Source of the DNA: Paragordius varius | Taxonomy: Eukaryota; Animalia; Nematomorpha | Assembly: GCA_964247055.1 (NCBI GenBank) | Contig: OZ176055.1 | Span: 5,394,001-5,458,000, forward strand | Direction of reading: 5' to 3' | Length of the DNA: 64,000 nucleotides | Shown: in pieces, positions 63,101 to 64,000 of the stretch | Layout of the letters: the number at the start of each line of letters is the position of its first letter | Position numbering within the stretch: the stretch's first letter is position 1 | Notes under the pieces: model-generated | What the model was told of the DNA's origin: nothing | Seen by the model: only the letters and a program-made list of their open reading frames with translations | Database searches by the model: none | Program-made: the position numbers and the translations under genes

Positions 63101-63731
63101 TTAATAAATGTTTGATAGATTTTATATTTTTATTTTTTAGTTGGGAACTAATATACCACTAACACCTCAAATATTCACCCTTTTACATTTTTAACTTACC
63201 CGTGAATTTGAAATCATCCTAAAACTTAATTAAGTGTTTTTAGGCTAATCTAACTCATTATTATTATGGAATATTTTTTATGGCATACTTTATCATTTAT
63301 TTCTGTGTATTAAGTTAATTACAAGTTTTATTTTATAGATAATTTTTAATTCCCAAAACATTCTTTATTTTTAGGGCAAATATCAGATTTTCGAGGGTGA
63401 TTTATAGGTGTAAATTATTACCATTTTGGAAATTAATTTTATTTTTTTTAACAAAAACAGTTAATGGAGCTCTTTGACAGCGAAGATCCAAGGGAACGAG
63501 ATTGTCTCAAAACGGTTTTGCACAGAATTTATGGAAAGTTTTTGGGGCTTCGAGCTTTTATCCGCAAACAAATCAACAACATTTTTCTGAGGTAATTAAA
63601 TTTATAATAATTTAATTAAAAAATATTTTTTCAGTCATTAACAATTTAATTATTTTTTTACGTATACATAGGTTTATATACGAAACTGAAAAGTTTAATG
63701 GGATATCCGAACTTTTAGAAATATTGGGCAG
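60134..63731 (+). CDS. PPP2R5: Protein phosphatase 2A regulatory subunit B' (B56), alpha/epsilon-like; 5' partial, continues beyond the window
   Basis: Exons 60134-60302, 60367-60563 ([25 protein letters not shown]), 62403-62504 (NIFRTLPP...[16 protein letters not shown]), 62990-63082, 63461-63591 ([38 protein letters not shown]) and 63672-63731. All junctions are GT-AG and in phase. Confidence 0.95.
61201..61311 (+). mobile_element. Possible remnant of a hAT transposase C-terminal dimerisation domain in a PPP2R5 intron
   Basis: One frame reads SERVFS-(22 aa)-FVKN*, matching the hAT consensus SERxFS...LxFLKxN in motif and spacing. The upstream sequence is degenerate. Confidence 0.4.
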
Positions 63732-64000
63732 GTATTAGTTTGAATCTAATCATAATTTTTTACATTTGCTAACCTGATTTAACATATTTTTTTTTCTTTA
63801 GCAAATTTTATATATTAATATATTTTTGTTTAAAGATCGCAATATAAATTAAATTATACGCATTTTACCATTCTTTCTTTATATTTTATCATATTATACT
63901 TTTTGAATTTTATTATATAATAATTGTGTTTGATTTTATTTTTAATTATATTTCCATTTCTATTAAGTATTATAAATGGTTTTGCTCAACCGCTCAAGGC

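Overview
Very AT-rich eukaryotic (animal) genomic DNA in the standard genetic code with GT-AG introns; no prokaryotic features, CRISPR array, rRNA or tRNA were recognised. I could reconstruct seven conserved spliced genes: EIF2B5 (eIF2B epsilon, -), a FAM20-family secretory-pathway kinase (-), a KIAA0930 homologue (+), a PRCP/DPP7-type S28 peptidase (+), SLC30A6/ZnT6 (-), a P5B ATPase of the ATP13A family (+) and the 5' part of a PP2A B56 subunit (PPP2R5, +). There is probably also one unrecognised multi-exon gene near 35.4-39.8 kb. Intron sizes are strongly bimodal: 22-29 nt introns sit next to kb-sized introns filled with transposons. Tiny introns of this size suggest a reduced-genome animal such as a dicyemid or myxozoan, but that is inference only. 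Introns and intergenic DNA hold mostly non-autonomous mobile elements: Tc1/mariner-type, hAT, piggyBac-like, Helitron-like, RTE LINE and Penelope-like. The most striking structure is a 3.7-kb near-perfect palindrome (15152-18847) with TA|CAGT...ACTG|TA ends and tandemly modular arms. It is flanked by a Penelope remnant carrying a hammerhead-like motif and by a second, older 1.1-kb palindrome. All homology calls come from motif recognition by eye; no database searches were run.
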